In this document: one piece after another, positions 19,916 through 28,889 of the stretch
Position numbering within the stretch: position 1 is the stretch's first letter
Layout: the number at the start of each line of letters is the position of its first letter
Assembly (NCBI GenBank): GCA_041674805.1
Contig: JBAYVA010000002.1
Span: 83,234 to 147,233, forward strand
Source: Candidatus Magasanikiibacteriota bacterium
GTDB lineage: Bacteria; Patescibacteriota; Patescibacteriia; Magasanikbacterales; UBA922
Direction: 5' to 3'
DNA: 64,000 bases
Position numbers and translations under genes: made by a program
The notes under the pieces: model-generated
What the model saw: only the letters and a program-made list of their open reading frames with translations
Told to the model about the DNA's origin: nothing
Database searches by the model: none

Positions 19916-21283
19916 TTAATGATTATGACCTGTATGATCTTCGTGATCTTCTTCTGCCATGGCATGTCCGTGAGAATGTTCTTCATGCTTATGTCTTTCA
20001 CCTTCTACTAATTTATCTGCCAAAAAGTTTACAACTTTTTTATTTAATAGCATGTTGTGAATAGAATCAAGTACTTCTGGTTTTTTCAAATTTTCTAGAT
20101 ACTCAGCAGTTTCTTTGTAGTATTCACGTAGATTTTTTACTTCAGCATCTAATTCATCTTTGGAAATAGTTAGACTGTGTGCTAGAGCTACTTCACGAGA
20201 AAGCAATGAAGCTTTGGCTCTATCAGTTGCTTTGTTTCTAAAATCTTCTTGTAATTCTTTTTCATTTTTTTTGATGTCTTGTAAATATTGTTCAATTGTT
20301 ACACCATGTTTTTCTAAATCATGTTGTAATTCATAAAACATTTTTTTGAGTTCAGCTTCTACTAACACTTCTGGAATTTCTTCAAATTTAGTTTCTTTGA
20401 TCAATGTTTCAAACATTTCTATTTCAGCTATTTCATCAGCTTTGTGTTCAGCTTCGTGAGTCAAATTTTCTTTGATTAGGTCTTTTAATTTGTCTAAACT
20501 TTCTTGTCCTAATACTTTGGCAAAAGCATCGTCTGCTTTTGGTATTTCTCTACCAAAAACTTCTTTTACTTTTACTTTGAATTTGCCAGTTTTACCAGCT
20601 AATTGTGCACTATAATAATTTTTTGGAAAAGGTAAATCAAATTCTTTTTCATCACCTTTTTCTAAACCAATCAAAGCATCATTGAAACCAGGGATATGTT
20701 GATGATCTTCTGATAAATAAACATTGTAATCAATAGCCTGTCCACCTTCTACTGGTACTCCATCCAAAAACAAATTCATATCTATAACGATCTTGTCTTC
20801 TTTTGTTGCTTTGCCTTTTTTGATTACTTCTTTTGCTTGCATTTTTAATAAATTATCAATAGTTTCATTTACTGATTGATCATTTACTTCTTTGACTGTT
20901 CTTTTTATTTTGATTGATTCTAATTTTGGTAATTCAACTTTTGGTAACAAAGCTACTTTGGCAGAATAAACTAAATCATTAGCAGGTGCCATTTTTTGAA
21001 TATTGATATCTGGCATGCCAATAGTATTTAATTTTTCAGCTGTTACAGTTTGATAAAAACTGTCTTGGATAATATCTTCCAAAGCTTCTTGCAAAAGTTT
21101 CATTTCACCTACTTCTTGTTTGACCATTTCAAAAGGAGCTTTGCCTTTGCGGAAACCTCTAATAGCTACACGATTTGAAATAGTAGTAGCTGCTTTTTCT
21201 AAATGTTTTTGATAATCTTTTGGACTAACTGTAATAGTAAGTTCAATTTGTGATTTTTCTAATTTTTCTATTTTGTGTTCCAT
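19916..21283 (-). CDS. tig: Trigger factor (ribosome-associated PPIase chaperone) with an unusual His-rich C-terminal tail
   Basis: N-terminal ribosome-binding motif GFRKGKAP and an FKBP-like middle domain. The C-terminus reads HKHEEHSHGHAMAEEDHEDHTGHNH. Confidence 0.85.
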   Translation of the reverse strand: MEHKIEKLEKSQIELTITVSPKDYQKHLEKAATTISNRVAIRGFRKGKAPFEMVKQEVGEMKLLQEALEDIIQDSFYQTVTAEKLNTIGMPDINIQKMAPANDLVYSAKVALLPKVELPKLESIKIKRTVKEVNDQSVNETIDNLLKMQAKEVIKKGKATKEDKIVIDMNLFLDGVPVEGGQAIDYNVYLSEDHQHIPGFNDALIGLEKGDEKEFDLPFPKNYYSAQLAGKTGKFKVKVKEVFGREIPKADDAFAKVLGQESLDKLKDLIKENLTHEAEHKADEIAEIEMFETLIKETKFEEIPEVLVEAELKKMFYELQHDLEKHGVTIEQYLQDIKKNEKELQEDFRNKATDRAKASLLSREVALAHSLTISKDELDAEVKNLREYYKETAEYLENLKKPEVLDSIHNMLLNKKVVNFLADKLVEGERHKHEEHSHGHAMAEEDHEDHTGHNH

Positions 21284-21298
21284 ACTTTATTTTTTAAA

Positions 21299-21337
21299 AC
21301 GCGGAATTACGCGGACTTTTACGCGGATAGACGCGGA
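21299..21337. promoter_or_regulatory. Four direct ACGCGGA repeats (spacings 10/12/10) in the tig leader, between the tig promoter and its start codon
   Basis: The sequence reads ACGCGGAATTACGCGGACTTTTACGCGGATAGACGCGGAAAG. The 20-mer TTACGCGGATAGACGCGGAA recurs at 43447-43466 upstream of thyA. Confidence 0.55.
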
Positions 21338-21381
21338 AAGTGACCAAAATAATGCGTTTATTTTTGATTAAAAAGTGGCTA

Positions 21382-21410
21382 TAATATAGCTTGTTTTGCT
21401 TGAAATGTCA
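21382..21410 (-). promoter_or_regulatory. Sigma70-like promoter for tig (minus strand)
   Basis: On the minus strand: TTGACA - 17 nt - TATATT. Confidence 0.6.
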
Positions 21411-21415
21411 ACTGT

Positions 21416-21459
21416 TGGCAAGCAGAGTAAGCAAAGTAAGCAGAATAGGCATAATAAGT
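21416..21459. repeat. Iteron block of four roughly 9-bp TNTGCYTAY units abutting the -35 of both the tig promoter and the divergent cassette promoter. A second copy lies at 24970-25012 upstream of polA.
   Basis: Read on the minus strand: AACTTATTATGCCTATTCTGCTTACTTTGCTTACTCTGCTTGCC. Compare AACTTATTCTGCCTATTTTGCTTACTTTGCTTATTTTGCTTGC at 24970. Confidence 0.6.
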
Positions 21460-21460
21460 T

Positions 21461-21490
21461 TTTGACGAGGATATTTTTTGGTGTTATTGT
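21461..21490 (+). promoter_or_regulatory. Sigma70-like promoter driving the GC-rich mini-cassette
   Basis: TTGACG - 17/18 nt - TATTGT. Confidence 0.5.
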
Positions 21491-21508
21491 TTGTTGCGGA
21501 GGTGAGAA

Positions 21509-21646
21509 ATGAAAGAATTTCTTGAGACCCTCATCGGCATTCTCGCTTCCCTTTTTTGGGGAGCGGTGTTCGCCGTTTTCCTCTTTGATGAGGAAGCGGC
21601 GGCGACCTTCCTGCGAGGGGAGGTCAAATATGTCACGGGGGTTTGA
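21509..21646 (+). CDS. Small hydrophobic single-TM peptide (45 aa) inside the GC-rich cassette. It is below the ORF-track size cutoff.
   Basis: A GGAGGTGA Shine-Dalgarno lies 6 nt before the ATG. Hand translation gives MKEFLETLIGILASLFWGAVFAVFLFDEEAAATFLRGEVKYVTGV. Local GC is far above the genome background. Confidence 0.45.
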   Translation: MKEFLETLIGILASLFWGAVFAVFLFDEEAAATFLRGEVKYVTGV

Positions 21647-21689
21647 AAAGGAGGGCGGTCCGGGCGTACGTGCGCGGACCAAACTCATA

Positions 21690-21727
21690 AATTAAGACCG
21701 TTTTTCTTTATTGAAAGACGGTTTTTT
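21690..21727 (+). terminator. Intrinsic terminator/attenuator inside the cassette
   Basis: AGACCGT-(loop)-ACGGTTT followed by TTTTTTTT. Confidence 0.5.
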
Positions 21728-21784
21728 TTGACAGTTCATTTTTTTGTAGTAGTTTTTAAATATCTTCCACGGAAGGAGGTGGTT

Positions 21785-21976
21785 GTGGGTGGTGAGAGCC
21801 CCTTTCATACGCTGATCCAGTGTCCAAACTGTAGGCGTTATACGGACTCAAGAGAGTTCGAAACGCTGACAAAAGATGGGGGAGAGTACAAAAAGTGCCC
21901 ATATTGTGGGTGGTCACATCTTGTGTCTATGCCCTCGGCGTACTTTAAGTATAGGAGGGACGATGGAATTAATTAG
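21785..21976 (+). CDS. Zinc-ribbon mini-protein (about 63 aa, GTG start) in the GC-rich cassette
   Basis: An AAGGAGGTG Shine-Dalgarno sits just upstream. The sequence contains CPNCRRY...CPYCGW (CxxC-x25-CxxC). It lies in the same frame as track ORF 21728..21976, whose AT-rich 5' part overlaps the terminator. Confidence 0.45.
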   Translation: MGGESPFHTLIQCPNCRRYTDSREFETLTKDGGEYKKCPYCGWSHLVSMPSAYFKYRRDDGIN

Positions 21977-22065
21977 GTAAGGGGTGGGGAAGGTGGATGC
22001 GCGCGACTTCTACGAAAGTGGTTGTCGTGCGCGTTCGTTCAAATAAAAAATAAAATTTTAAAATT

Positions 22066-22099
22066 AAAAAAACACTCTCAAATTGAGAGTGTTTTTTAT
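22066..22099. terminator. Bidirectional terminator (3' end of the H+-PPase gene and right edge of the cassette)
   Basis: ACACTCTCA-AAT-TGAGAGTGT with flanking A/T runs. Confidence 0.6.
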
Positions 22100-22119
22100 T
22101 TCAGTTTAAATCAATGCTT

Positions 22120-24108
22120 TTATTTTAACAAACCAATTATGAGCAAAGCCACAATGTTAGCCACTTTGATCATAGGATTGATTGCAGGGCCAGCTGTGTC
22201 CTTGTAAGGGTCACCTACAGTGTCACCAGTGACAGCAGCTTGATGTGCAAAACTTCCTTTACCACCGTGATTGCCTTCTTCAATATATTTTTTTGCATTG
22301 TCCCAAGCACCACCACCAGTAGTCATAGAAATTGCGACGAATAGACCGGTGATAATAGTACCAACAAGCAAACCACCAAGAGCAGCAGCACCCAAGAAAT
22401 AACCAACTAAGATTGGAGCTACAACAGGGATAACTGCTGGTAAAATCATTTGACCAATAGCACCTTTAGTTACTATATCTACTGTTTTGGCATAGTCAGG
22501 TTTGGCTTGACCTTCCATAATACCTTTGATTTCACGGAATTGTCTGCGAACTTCTTCTACTACACTACCAGCTACTTTACCTACTGATTGCATTAGTAAT
22601 GAACCAAATAAGTAAGGAAGCAAACCACCAATAAATAAACCTGTCAAAACTTTTGGATCATCAATTCTAAATACTGTACTGATACCTTCTGCATCAAGTT
22701 TGTGTGTGAAATCTGCAAATAATACTAGAGCAGCTAGAGCAGCTGAAGCGATAGCATAACCTTTGGTAACAGCTTTTGTGGTGTTGCCAACAGCATCTAG
22801 CGGATCTGTAACATTTCTAACATCTTCTCCAAGTTCTGCCATTTCGGCGATACCACCAGCATTGTCAGTGATAGGTCCATAAGCGTCGATTGCTACGACA
22901 ATACCAGTAAGAGAAAGCATAGACATAGCAGCGATAGCTACTCCGTAAAGTCCCATGAAGTGATAAGCTACAAGCATACCGGCGACAATAGCCAATACTG
23001 GCAAAGCAGTTGATTTCATGGATACTGCTAGACCTGTGATGACATTGGTACCATGACCTGTTTCACTAGATTTTGCAATTTGTTTTACAGGAGCATATTT
23101 GGTTGAAGTATAATATTCAGTAATCCAAACCATAGCACCAGTAAGTACGATACCAACTACAGTTGTCCAGAAAACATCAGCAGTAGTCGCATTTAAATCA
23201 GCAGCGTAGTGTCTACTCAAGAAAAAGAAACCAATTATTGAGAAAAGGCCAGACATTATTAGACCTTTGTACAAAGCTCCCATGATGTTGTTCTTTTTGC
23301 CAAGTCTGATGAAGAAACTTCCAAAGATTGAAGCAATAATAGAAATAGCTCCAAGCATAAGAGGAAACATAATACCTGCAGTAGTACCAACAAAAGTAAG
23401 TCCACCAAGTACCATCGCAGCGACAGCTGTTACTGCATAAGTTTCAAACAAGTCAGCAGCCATACCAGCACAGTCACCGACGTTGTCACCGACGTTGTCA
23501 GCAATTACAGCTGGATTACGAGGATCATCTTCTGGAATACCTTTTTCTACTTTTCCAACTAAATCAGCTCCGACGTCAGCAGCTTTGGTAAAAATACCAC
23601 CACCGATACGAGCGAATATTGAGATAAGACTACCACCGAAAGCTAATCCAATAAGAGCATCTAGGTCTTTGGTCAATAAATAAAAACCAGCAACTCCCAA
23701 AAGTCCAAGACCAACTACGAGTAAACCAGTAACAGTACCACCTTTGACAGCTACATCTAAAGCAGCTTTTAAACCTTTTTTGGCAGCTTCAGTAGTACGA
23801 ACATTGGCTTTGACAGATACATTCATACCTACAAAACCAGCAATTCCAGAGAAAAGAGCTCCAACTAGGAAACCTAGTCCAGTCATCCAGCCTAAAGTTA
23901 GTCCAAGAACCAAGAAAACAAGGATAGCTACATAAGAAATAGTCTTATATTGGCGAGCCAAATAAGCTTTGGCACCTTCTTGGATAGCGCGAGCAATATT
24001 TTGCATGCGTTCTGATCCTGTAGGCTGTTTGTTTATCCATTGAATTAAAAAGATACCGTAACCAATCGCCAAAACGGCTGGTCCGATAAGCAGTAGTGTT
24101 GTTAGCAT
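22120..24108 (-). CDS. hppA: Membrane-bound proton/sodium-translocating pyrophosphatase
   Basis: 662 aa with about 16 TM helices. Conserved motifs [19 protein letters not shown] and [21 protein letters not shown]. Confidence 0.9.
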   Translation of the reverse strand: MLTTLLLIGPAVLAIGYGIFLIQWINKQPTGSERMQNIARAIQEGAKAYLARQYKTISYVAILVFLVLGLTLGWMTGLGFLVGALFSGIAGFVGMNVSVKANVRTTEAAKKGLKAALDVAVKGGTVTGLLVVGLGLLGVAGFYLLTKDLDALIGLAFGGSLISIFARIGGGIFTKAADVGADLVGKVEKGIPEDDPRNPAVIADNVGDNVGDCAGMAADLFETYAVTAVAAMVLGGLTFVGTTAGIMFPLMLGAISIIASIFGSFFIRLGKKNNIMGALYKGLIMSGLFSIIGFFFLSRHYAADLNATTADVFWTTVVGIVLTGAMVWITEYYTSTKYAPVKQIAKSSETGHGTNVITGLAVSMKSTALPVLAIVAGMLVAYHFMGLYGVAIAAMSMLSLTGIVVAIDAYGPITDNAGGIAEMAELGEDVRNVTDPLDAVGNTTKAVTKGYAIASAALAALVLFADFTHKLDAEGISTVFRIDDPKVLTGLFIGGLLPYLFGSLLMQSVGKVAGSVVEEVRRQFREIKGIMEGQAKPDYAKTVDIVTKGAIGQMILPAVIPVVAPILVGYFLGAAALGGLLVGTIITGLFVAISMTTGGGAWDNAKKYIEEGNHGGKGSFAHQAAVTGDTVGDPYKDTAGPAINPMIKVANIVALLIIGLLK

Positions 24109-24253
24109 ACTCTACTTTATAAATTAAAAATAAATGAATTAATAGGTAGATTATAGGGAAAAAGGGTTGAAAAGTCAAGGGAACTTAGTCAAAAGTCTAT
24201 AAAGTTCGTAAAGTTGAAAGTCGTTTAAAAAACAAAAAATAGTCTTTTTAGGA

Positions 24254-24898
24254 CTATTTTTTAATTTGGATAAGTTTGGCTAGTTGTTTTTGGCTTATTT
24301 TCAATAGATCTTCTAGTTTCGTTTCTTTATTTTTCTGTAAATAATTTTTTACCAGGAAATAGCCTATTACTCTACCTATATATGCAGGTTTGCTTTTGGG
24401 ATTATGAAACCATTTGGCAGGGTTGTAATCTTTTAGCTTAAAAAATCTTTTATTTTTGTTTATCAGGTCTTCAACTTCATTTTTGTTTAATTCAAAATTT
24501 TCGGTTAGGGCGAATTTGGTAATTGTTTTTTCAAAGTTTAGGGCCACGCCGTGCAGTAATATTTCTTCTAATAGTGTCTTAGGAAAGCCAAATTTCTGGT
24601 AAATACTGAGTAAATAAAGATCATTAGAAACAGGGCGTCTGACGTATTGTTTGAGATATTTTTTGAATTTTTTGTGTTTGGTGTCAAAAGTAACAGCTAG
24701 TACATTGTCGTTTATTATTCTGGTTTCCACAGCGCTACCAACACGAGTTCCGTCCTCCATAACTAAAATATCAACATTCTTAGTGTCAAGATATTTGGAA
24801 ATTTGTTTCAATACCAAATCAAACTCTTTTTTTAGTCGGGTGTTATAGGGTTTTAGCAGAGGGTTAGCTTGGAGAATGTGGAGGTGGATGTTTTTCAT
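24254..24898 (-). CDS. Hypothetical basic protein (214 aa)
   Basis: ORF only. No motif I can name. Confidence 0.3.
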   Translation of the reverse strand: MKNIHLHILQANPLLKPYNTRLKKEFDLVLKQISKYLDTKNVDILVMEDGTRVGSAVETRIINDNVLAVTFDTKHKKFKKYLKQYVRRPVSNDLYLLSIYQKFGFPKTLLEEILLHGVALNFEKTITKFALTENFELNKNEVEDLINKNKRFFKLKDYNPAKWFHNPKSKPAYIGRVIGYFLVKNYLQKNKETKLEDLLKISQKQLAKLIQIKK

Positions 24899-25042
24899 AA
24901 ATATATAGATAAAGTAATTAAAGTATATCTCTTTGTCTTTGTCTAGTCAAAAGCTAATAATTTTAAGGTAACTTATTCTGCCTATTTTGCTTACTTTGCT
25001 TATTTTGCTTGCTATGTTACAATATACTGGATAATAAAAATT

Positions 25043-27766
25043 ATGACAGAAACAAAAGAACAAAATTTTAAAAAACTAGTAATAATTGACGGTAACGCCA
25101 TTGTTCACCGTGCTTATCACGCCCTACCACCCATGCGAGTAAAAGATGGTAGTATGGTAAATGTAGTTTATGGTTTTGCGTCTATGTTGCTCAAGATTAT
25201 CAATGATGTGAAGCCAGAATATTTGGCTGTGAGTTTTGATGTGGCAGGTGGTACTTTTCGTGATGAAATTTTTGCTGATTATAAAGCCACACGTGTCAAA
25301 GCGGATCAAGATTTATATGATCAATTTCCTCTTGTTTATGATTTAGTTAATGCTTTCAATATTCCTATTTTTACCAAAGAAGGATTTGAAGCTGATGATG
25401 TTATTGGTACTTTGGCGTTCGATGTTGCAGGGATACGAAATACAAAAAATACAAAATTACGAAATGTAAAATCGTTAATTGTGACAGGAGATAAAGATTT
25501 ATTACAGTTAGTAGATGATAAACATAATATCGAAGTGATGTTGCTTAAAAAAGGCATGTCAGAGTTTGAAAGTTGTAATGAGCAAGGTGTAATAGATAAA
25601 TTTGGTTTTGGTCCAGACATGATAATTTCTTACAAATCTTTGTGTGGCGATGCTTCTGATAATATCCCGGGTGTCAAAGGTATTGGAGATAAAACAGCTA
25701 CAGGTTTGATAATTCAAATAGGTAGTATTGATAAAATTTATGAAGAATTAGAAAATAAGTCTTCTGATATTTATGAAGAATTTAGTTCTTCAGTAATAAA
25801 TAAATTAATTGAACAAAAAGAAAGTGCTTTGATGAGTAAAGACTTGGCTACTATTCGTACTGATGTAGAAGGAATTGATTTTGATTTGGAAAAAGCCAAG
25901 ACACAAGATTTTGATAGAGAAAAAATAGTATCTCTTTTTCAAAAATTTGAATTTTATTCTTTGATAAAAAGATTGCCAGGTTCAGAAAATGTTTTAATAC
26001 AAAAAAACAAAAAAACAAAAAATAAATTACAATTATCAAAAAAAATAATTAGAGTAGATGAAAAAAATGTTGAAGAATTAATAAAAAATATTTTGCAAGA
26101 GAAATATTTTGTAGCCAAAGAAATTATGTTAGATGATAATATTTTTGCTTCTAATAATTTTTCTCTTTTGATTTCTACTTTGAAAGAAAACTATTTTTTT
26201 GAAAATATAAATTCAAAAGTATTCAAAATTTTTGAAAATGAAAAAATATTTTTTGTAGGGCATGATTTGAAAAATCTTATCAAACTTATTCAATTACAAA
26301 AAATTGAAATAAAAAATAAGATTTTTGATACGATGATAGCTTCTTATATTTTGAATTCTAGTACGAGAGCTCATGATATCAAGTCAGTTTGTTTGCGTGA
26401 GCTTGGCAAAGAGATTTTGATTTTGGATGCACAAAAAAGTTTGTTTGGTATAGACCCTAAAAACACTTTGGAAGAAATACAAGCTACTTTGGAAGTATAT
26501 ACTATTTATCGAGAAAAATTGAAAATAGAAAAAAATGAAGATTTGTATTTTGATATAGAAATGCCATTATTGAAAGTACTGGCTGAAATGGAGTTAAATG
26601 GTATTGCGATAGATGTAGATATGTTGAATGATTTGTCACAACAAGTAAATAAGACTTTGGGAAAACTGGAAAAACAAATTTGGGAAGAAGCTGGTGAAGA
26701 ATTTAATGTAGCTTCATCTGTACAGTTGCGTGATATTTTGTTTGATAAAATGGATTTACCTACTCAAGGTATCAAAAAAGGTAAAACTGGTTATTCTACT
26801 GCTGCAGCTGAATTGGAAAAATTGCGAGATTTCCATCCGATTATTTCTTATATAGAGGAATTTCGTGAATTGGAAAAATTGCGTAATACGTATATAGATG
26901 TTTTACCAAATTTACGTAATCAATTGACTAATAGAATTCATACTACTTATAATCAAACAGTAGCTTCCACAGGACGTCTTTCTAGTTCTGATCCAAATCT
27001 GCAAAATATTCCGATTCGTACTGAACTTGGTAAAAAAGTTCGCGAAGTTTTTATAGCTGAAAAAGGTAATGCTTTGATTGCCGCAGATTATTCACAAATC
27101 GAATTGCGTGTGGTGGCTTCACTGGCAAAAGATGAAAGAATGATTGAAATTTTCAAAAATAAACAAGATATTCATACTGCTACAGCGGCTGCTATCAATG
27201 GTGTTGATCTAAAAGATGTAACTAAAGAAATGCGTCGGGCTGCCAAAGAAGTTAATTTTGGAGTTTTGTATGGTATGGGTGCTTTTGGTTTAGCTTCTCG
27301 TACTGGTATTAGTCGTTATGATGCTCAAGAATTTATAGATAAATATTTTGCAAATTTTTCTGGTGTAAAAAAGTATATGGAAAATATTTTGAAACAAGCA
27401 GAAGAAGATGGTTTTGTAGAAACATTGTTTGGGCGTCGTCGTTATATTCCAGAATTACACTCTAATAATTTTCAATTACGTTCTTCAGGTGAAAGAATGG
27501 CAGTAAATATGCCAGTTCAAGGTACTGCAGCAGATATTATGAAACTTGCTATGATTGCAGTTAGTAATAAAATAAATATCAAAAAATATGAAAACAAAGT
27601 AAGATTGTGTTTGCAAGTACACGATGAATTGGTATTAGAAGTTAGTGAAGATTTGAAAGATGAAATTGCTGAATTAGTAAAACACGAAATGGAAAATGTA
27701 ATGAAATTAGAAGTACCTCTTGATGTAGAAGTAAATGTTGGTTATAGTTGGGGACGTCTTAAGTAA
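25043..27766 (+). CDS. polA: DNA polymerase I with a 5'-3' nuclease domain. The 3'-5' exonuclease domain appears to lack catalytic residues.
   Basis: N-terminal FEN-like domain (IIDGNAIVHRAYHA, GVKGIGDKTA). Pol A motifs DYSQIELR, KEVNFGVLYGMG and VHDELVLEV. The Exo I position reads FVAKEIMLDD rather than DxE. Confidence 0.9.
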   Translation: MTETKEQNFKKLVIIDGNAIVHRAYHALPPMRVKDGSMVNVVYGFASMLLKIINDVKPEYLAVSFDVAGGTFRDEIFADYKATRVKADQDLYDQFPLVYDLVNAFNIPIFTKEGFEADDVIGTLAFDVAGIRNTKNTKLRNVKSLIVTGDKDLLQLVDDKHNIEVMLLKKGMSEFESCNEQGVIDKFGFGPDMIISYKSLCGDASDNIPGVKGIGDKTATGLIIQIGSIDKIYEELENKSSDIYEEFSSSVINKLIEQKESALMSKDLATIRTDVEGIDFDLEKAKTQDFDREKIVSLFQKFEFYSLIKRLPGSENVLIQKNKKTKNKLQLSKKIIRVDEKNVEELIKNILQEKYFVAKEIMLDDNIFASNNFSLLISTLKENYFFENINSKVFKIFENEKIFFVGHDLKNLIKLIQLQKIEIKNKIFDTMIASYILNSSTRAHDIKSVCLRELGKEILILDAQKSLFGIDPKNTLEEIQATLEVYTIYREKLKIEKNEDLYFDIEMPLLKVLAEMELNGIAIDVDMLNDLSQQVNKTLGKLEKQIWEEAGEEFNVASSVQLRDILFDKMDLPTQGIKKGKTGYSTAAAELEKLRDFHPIISYIEEFRELEKLRNTYIDVLPNLRNQLTNRIHTTYNQTVASTGRLSSSDPNLQNIPIRTELGKKVREVFIAEKGNALIAADYSQIELRVVASLAKDERMIEIFKNKQDIHTATAAAINGVDLKDVTKEMRRAAKEVNFGVLYGMGAFGLASRTGISRYDAQEFIDKYFANFSGVKKYMENILKQAEEDGFVETLFGRRRYIPELHSNNFQLRSSGERMAVNMPVQGTAADIMKLAMIAVSNKINIKKYENKVRLCLQVHDELVLEVSEDLKDEIAELVKHEMENVMKLEVPLDVEVNVGYSWGRLK

Positions 27767-27861
27767 GCACCTAATCACTTTATCACTTAAATACTTTTTT
27801 ATTTTTAAAATAACCAACCTACGGTCACATCCGGAACATCCGGATTATCTGTATATCAGGA

Positions 27862-28830
27862 TTGTTTATGATTATATTTCTATACGGCAAAGACACTTAC
27901 CGTAGTAAACAACAACTCAAAAAAATGGTTGAGAAGTTCAAAGTTGAACGTGACCCACAGGGCTACAATGTGGTTGATTTGGATTGTGAAAAAGAAGATA
28001 AAAATAATATTTTACAACAAATGCTCACCTCCCCTTTTTTGGCAGAAAAGAAAATGGTGATTTTGAAAAACTTATTGACAACGACAGAACACAAAGATTT
28101 TTTGAAAGAAATAAAAAAAAGAATAGAGGAAAATAATTTTCCAGAAAATAATATTATTGTTTTTTGGGAGAATACTGATATTTTCAAAAATAAAAATTCC
28201 AAAGAATTATCTGAAGTTTTGAAGACAGAAAAATTTGCACAATTTTTTGGAGAATTAAAAGGTTTGGATTTATCAAATTGGATTAAACAAGAAGTTTCTT
28301 TACGTGGTGGAAAAATTGAGGTACCTTCTTTGAATTATTTGTTACAAAACTTTTCTTTGGATATGTGGTCTTTATCAAATTTATTGGATCAATTGTTATC
28401 ATATAATACAGCAATTGATTTAGTGACTACTCAAAAATTTGTAGAAGAAAAAATTGATGATAATATTTTTAATCTCGTAGATGCTATTGTCGCTGGCCAA
28501 AAAAATAAAGCTTTCAAAATGATTCGCAAACAATATGAAAAAGGAGAAGATGCACAGTTTATTTTTGCCATGTTGTTGCGTCAGTTTAGAATTTTGCTTG
28601 AGATGCGTGAAATATATGAGAAACAAGATAGTATTCATAGTAATGATTTAGCAAAGATGCTCGGACTTCATCCTTTTGTAGTTACCAAATCACTCGTTTT
28701 TGTAAAAAGATATACTTTGTCTCATTTGAAAAATATTTATTTAAAATTATTGGAAATGGATACCAAAACAAAAACTGGTCAGGGAGACCAGTCTTTATTG
28801 ATTGATGTTTTGGTGGGAACAACAATGTAA
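27862..28830 (+). CDS. holA: DNA polymerase III delta subunit (clamp-loader subunit)
   Basis: 322 aa. Begins IIFLYGKDTYR... with a HolA-like helical layout. Located directly after polA. Confidence 0.55.
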   Translation: MFMIIFLYGKDTYRSKQQLKKMVEKFKVERDPQGYNVVDLDCEKEDKNNILQQMLTSPFLAEKKMVILKNLLTTTEHKDFLKEIKKRIEENNFPENNIIVFWENTDIFKNKNSKELSEVLKTEKFAQFFGELKGLDLSNWIKQEVSLRGGKIEVPSLNYLLQNFSLDMWSLSNLLDQLLSYNTAIDLVTTQKFVEEKIDDNIFNLVDAIVAGQKNKAFKMIRKQYEKGEDAQFIFAMLLRQFRILLEMREIYEKQDSIHSNDLAKMLGLHPFVVTKSLVFVKRYTLSHLKNIYLKLLEMDTKTKTGQGDQSLLIDVLVGTTM

Positions 28831-28857
28831 TCTTGATTAGAACTACATAAACTAACA

Positions 28858-28889
28858 AAATAAGGAAAAGGTAATTCCTTATTTTTTTT
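28858..28889. terminator. Bidirectional terminator between convergent holA and the GGDEF gene
   Basis: TAAGGAA-AAGGTAA-TTCCTTA followed by TTTTTTTT. Confidence 0.6.

Noticed and set aside
21368-21688. A 106-aa minus-strand ORF across the GC-rich cassette.
   Set aside because: It is antisense to better-supported plus-strand ORFs that have strong SD sites and a promoter. It has no RBS of its own, and its N-terminus overlaps the tig promoter. It is most likely an artefact of the high local GC.
21400-22030. The possibility that the GC-rich segment is a known structured RNA (tmRNA, RNase P RNA, SRP/4.5S or 6S RNA).
   Set aside because: I could not find a tmRNA tag-peptide frame or tRNA-like end, nor the RNase P or SRP conserved boxes. 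The coding signals (SD plus ORFs) explain it better. A covariance-model scan is still worthwhile.
22022-22207. A 61-aa plus-strand ORF.
   Set aside because: It overlaps the bidirectional terminator and the 3' end of the H+-PPase gene. It is AT-rich low-complexity and has no RBS.
27820-27856. A duplicated CATCCGGA octamer upstream of holA.
   Set aside because: There are only two short copies. This is noted but too weak to call a regulatory site.
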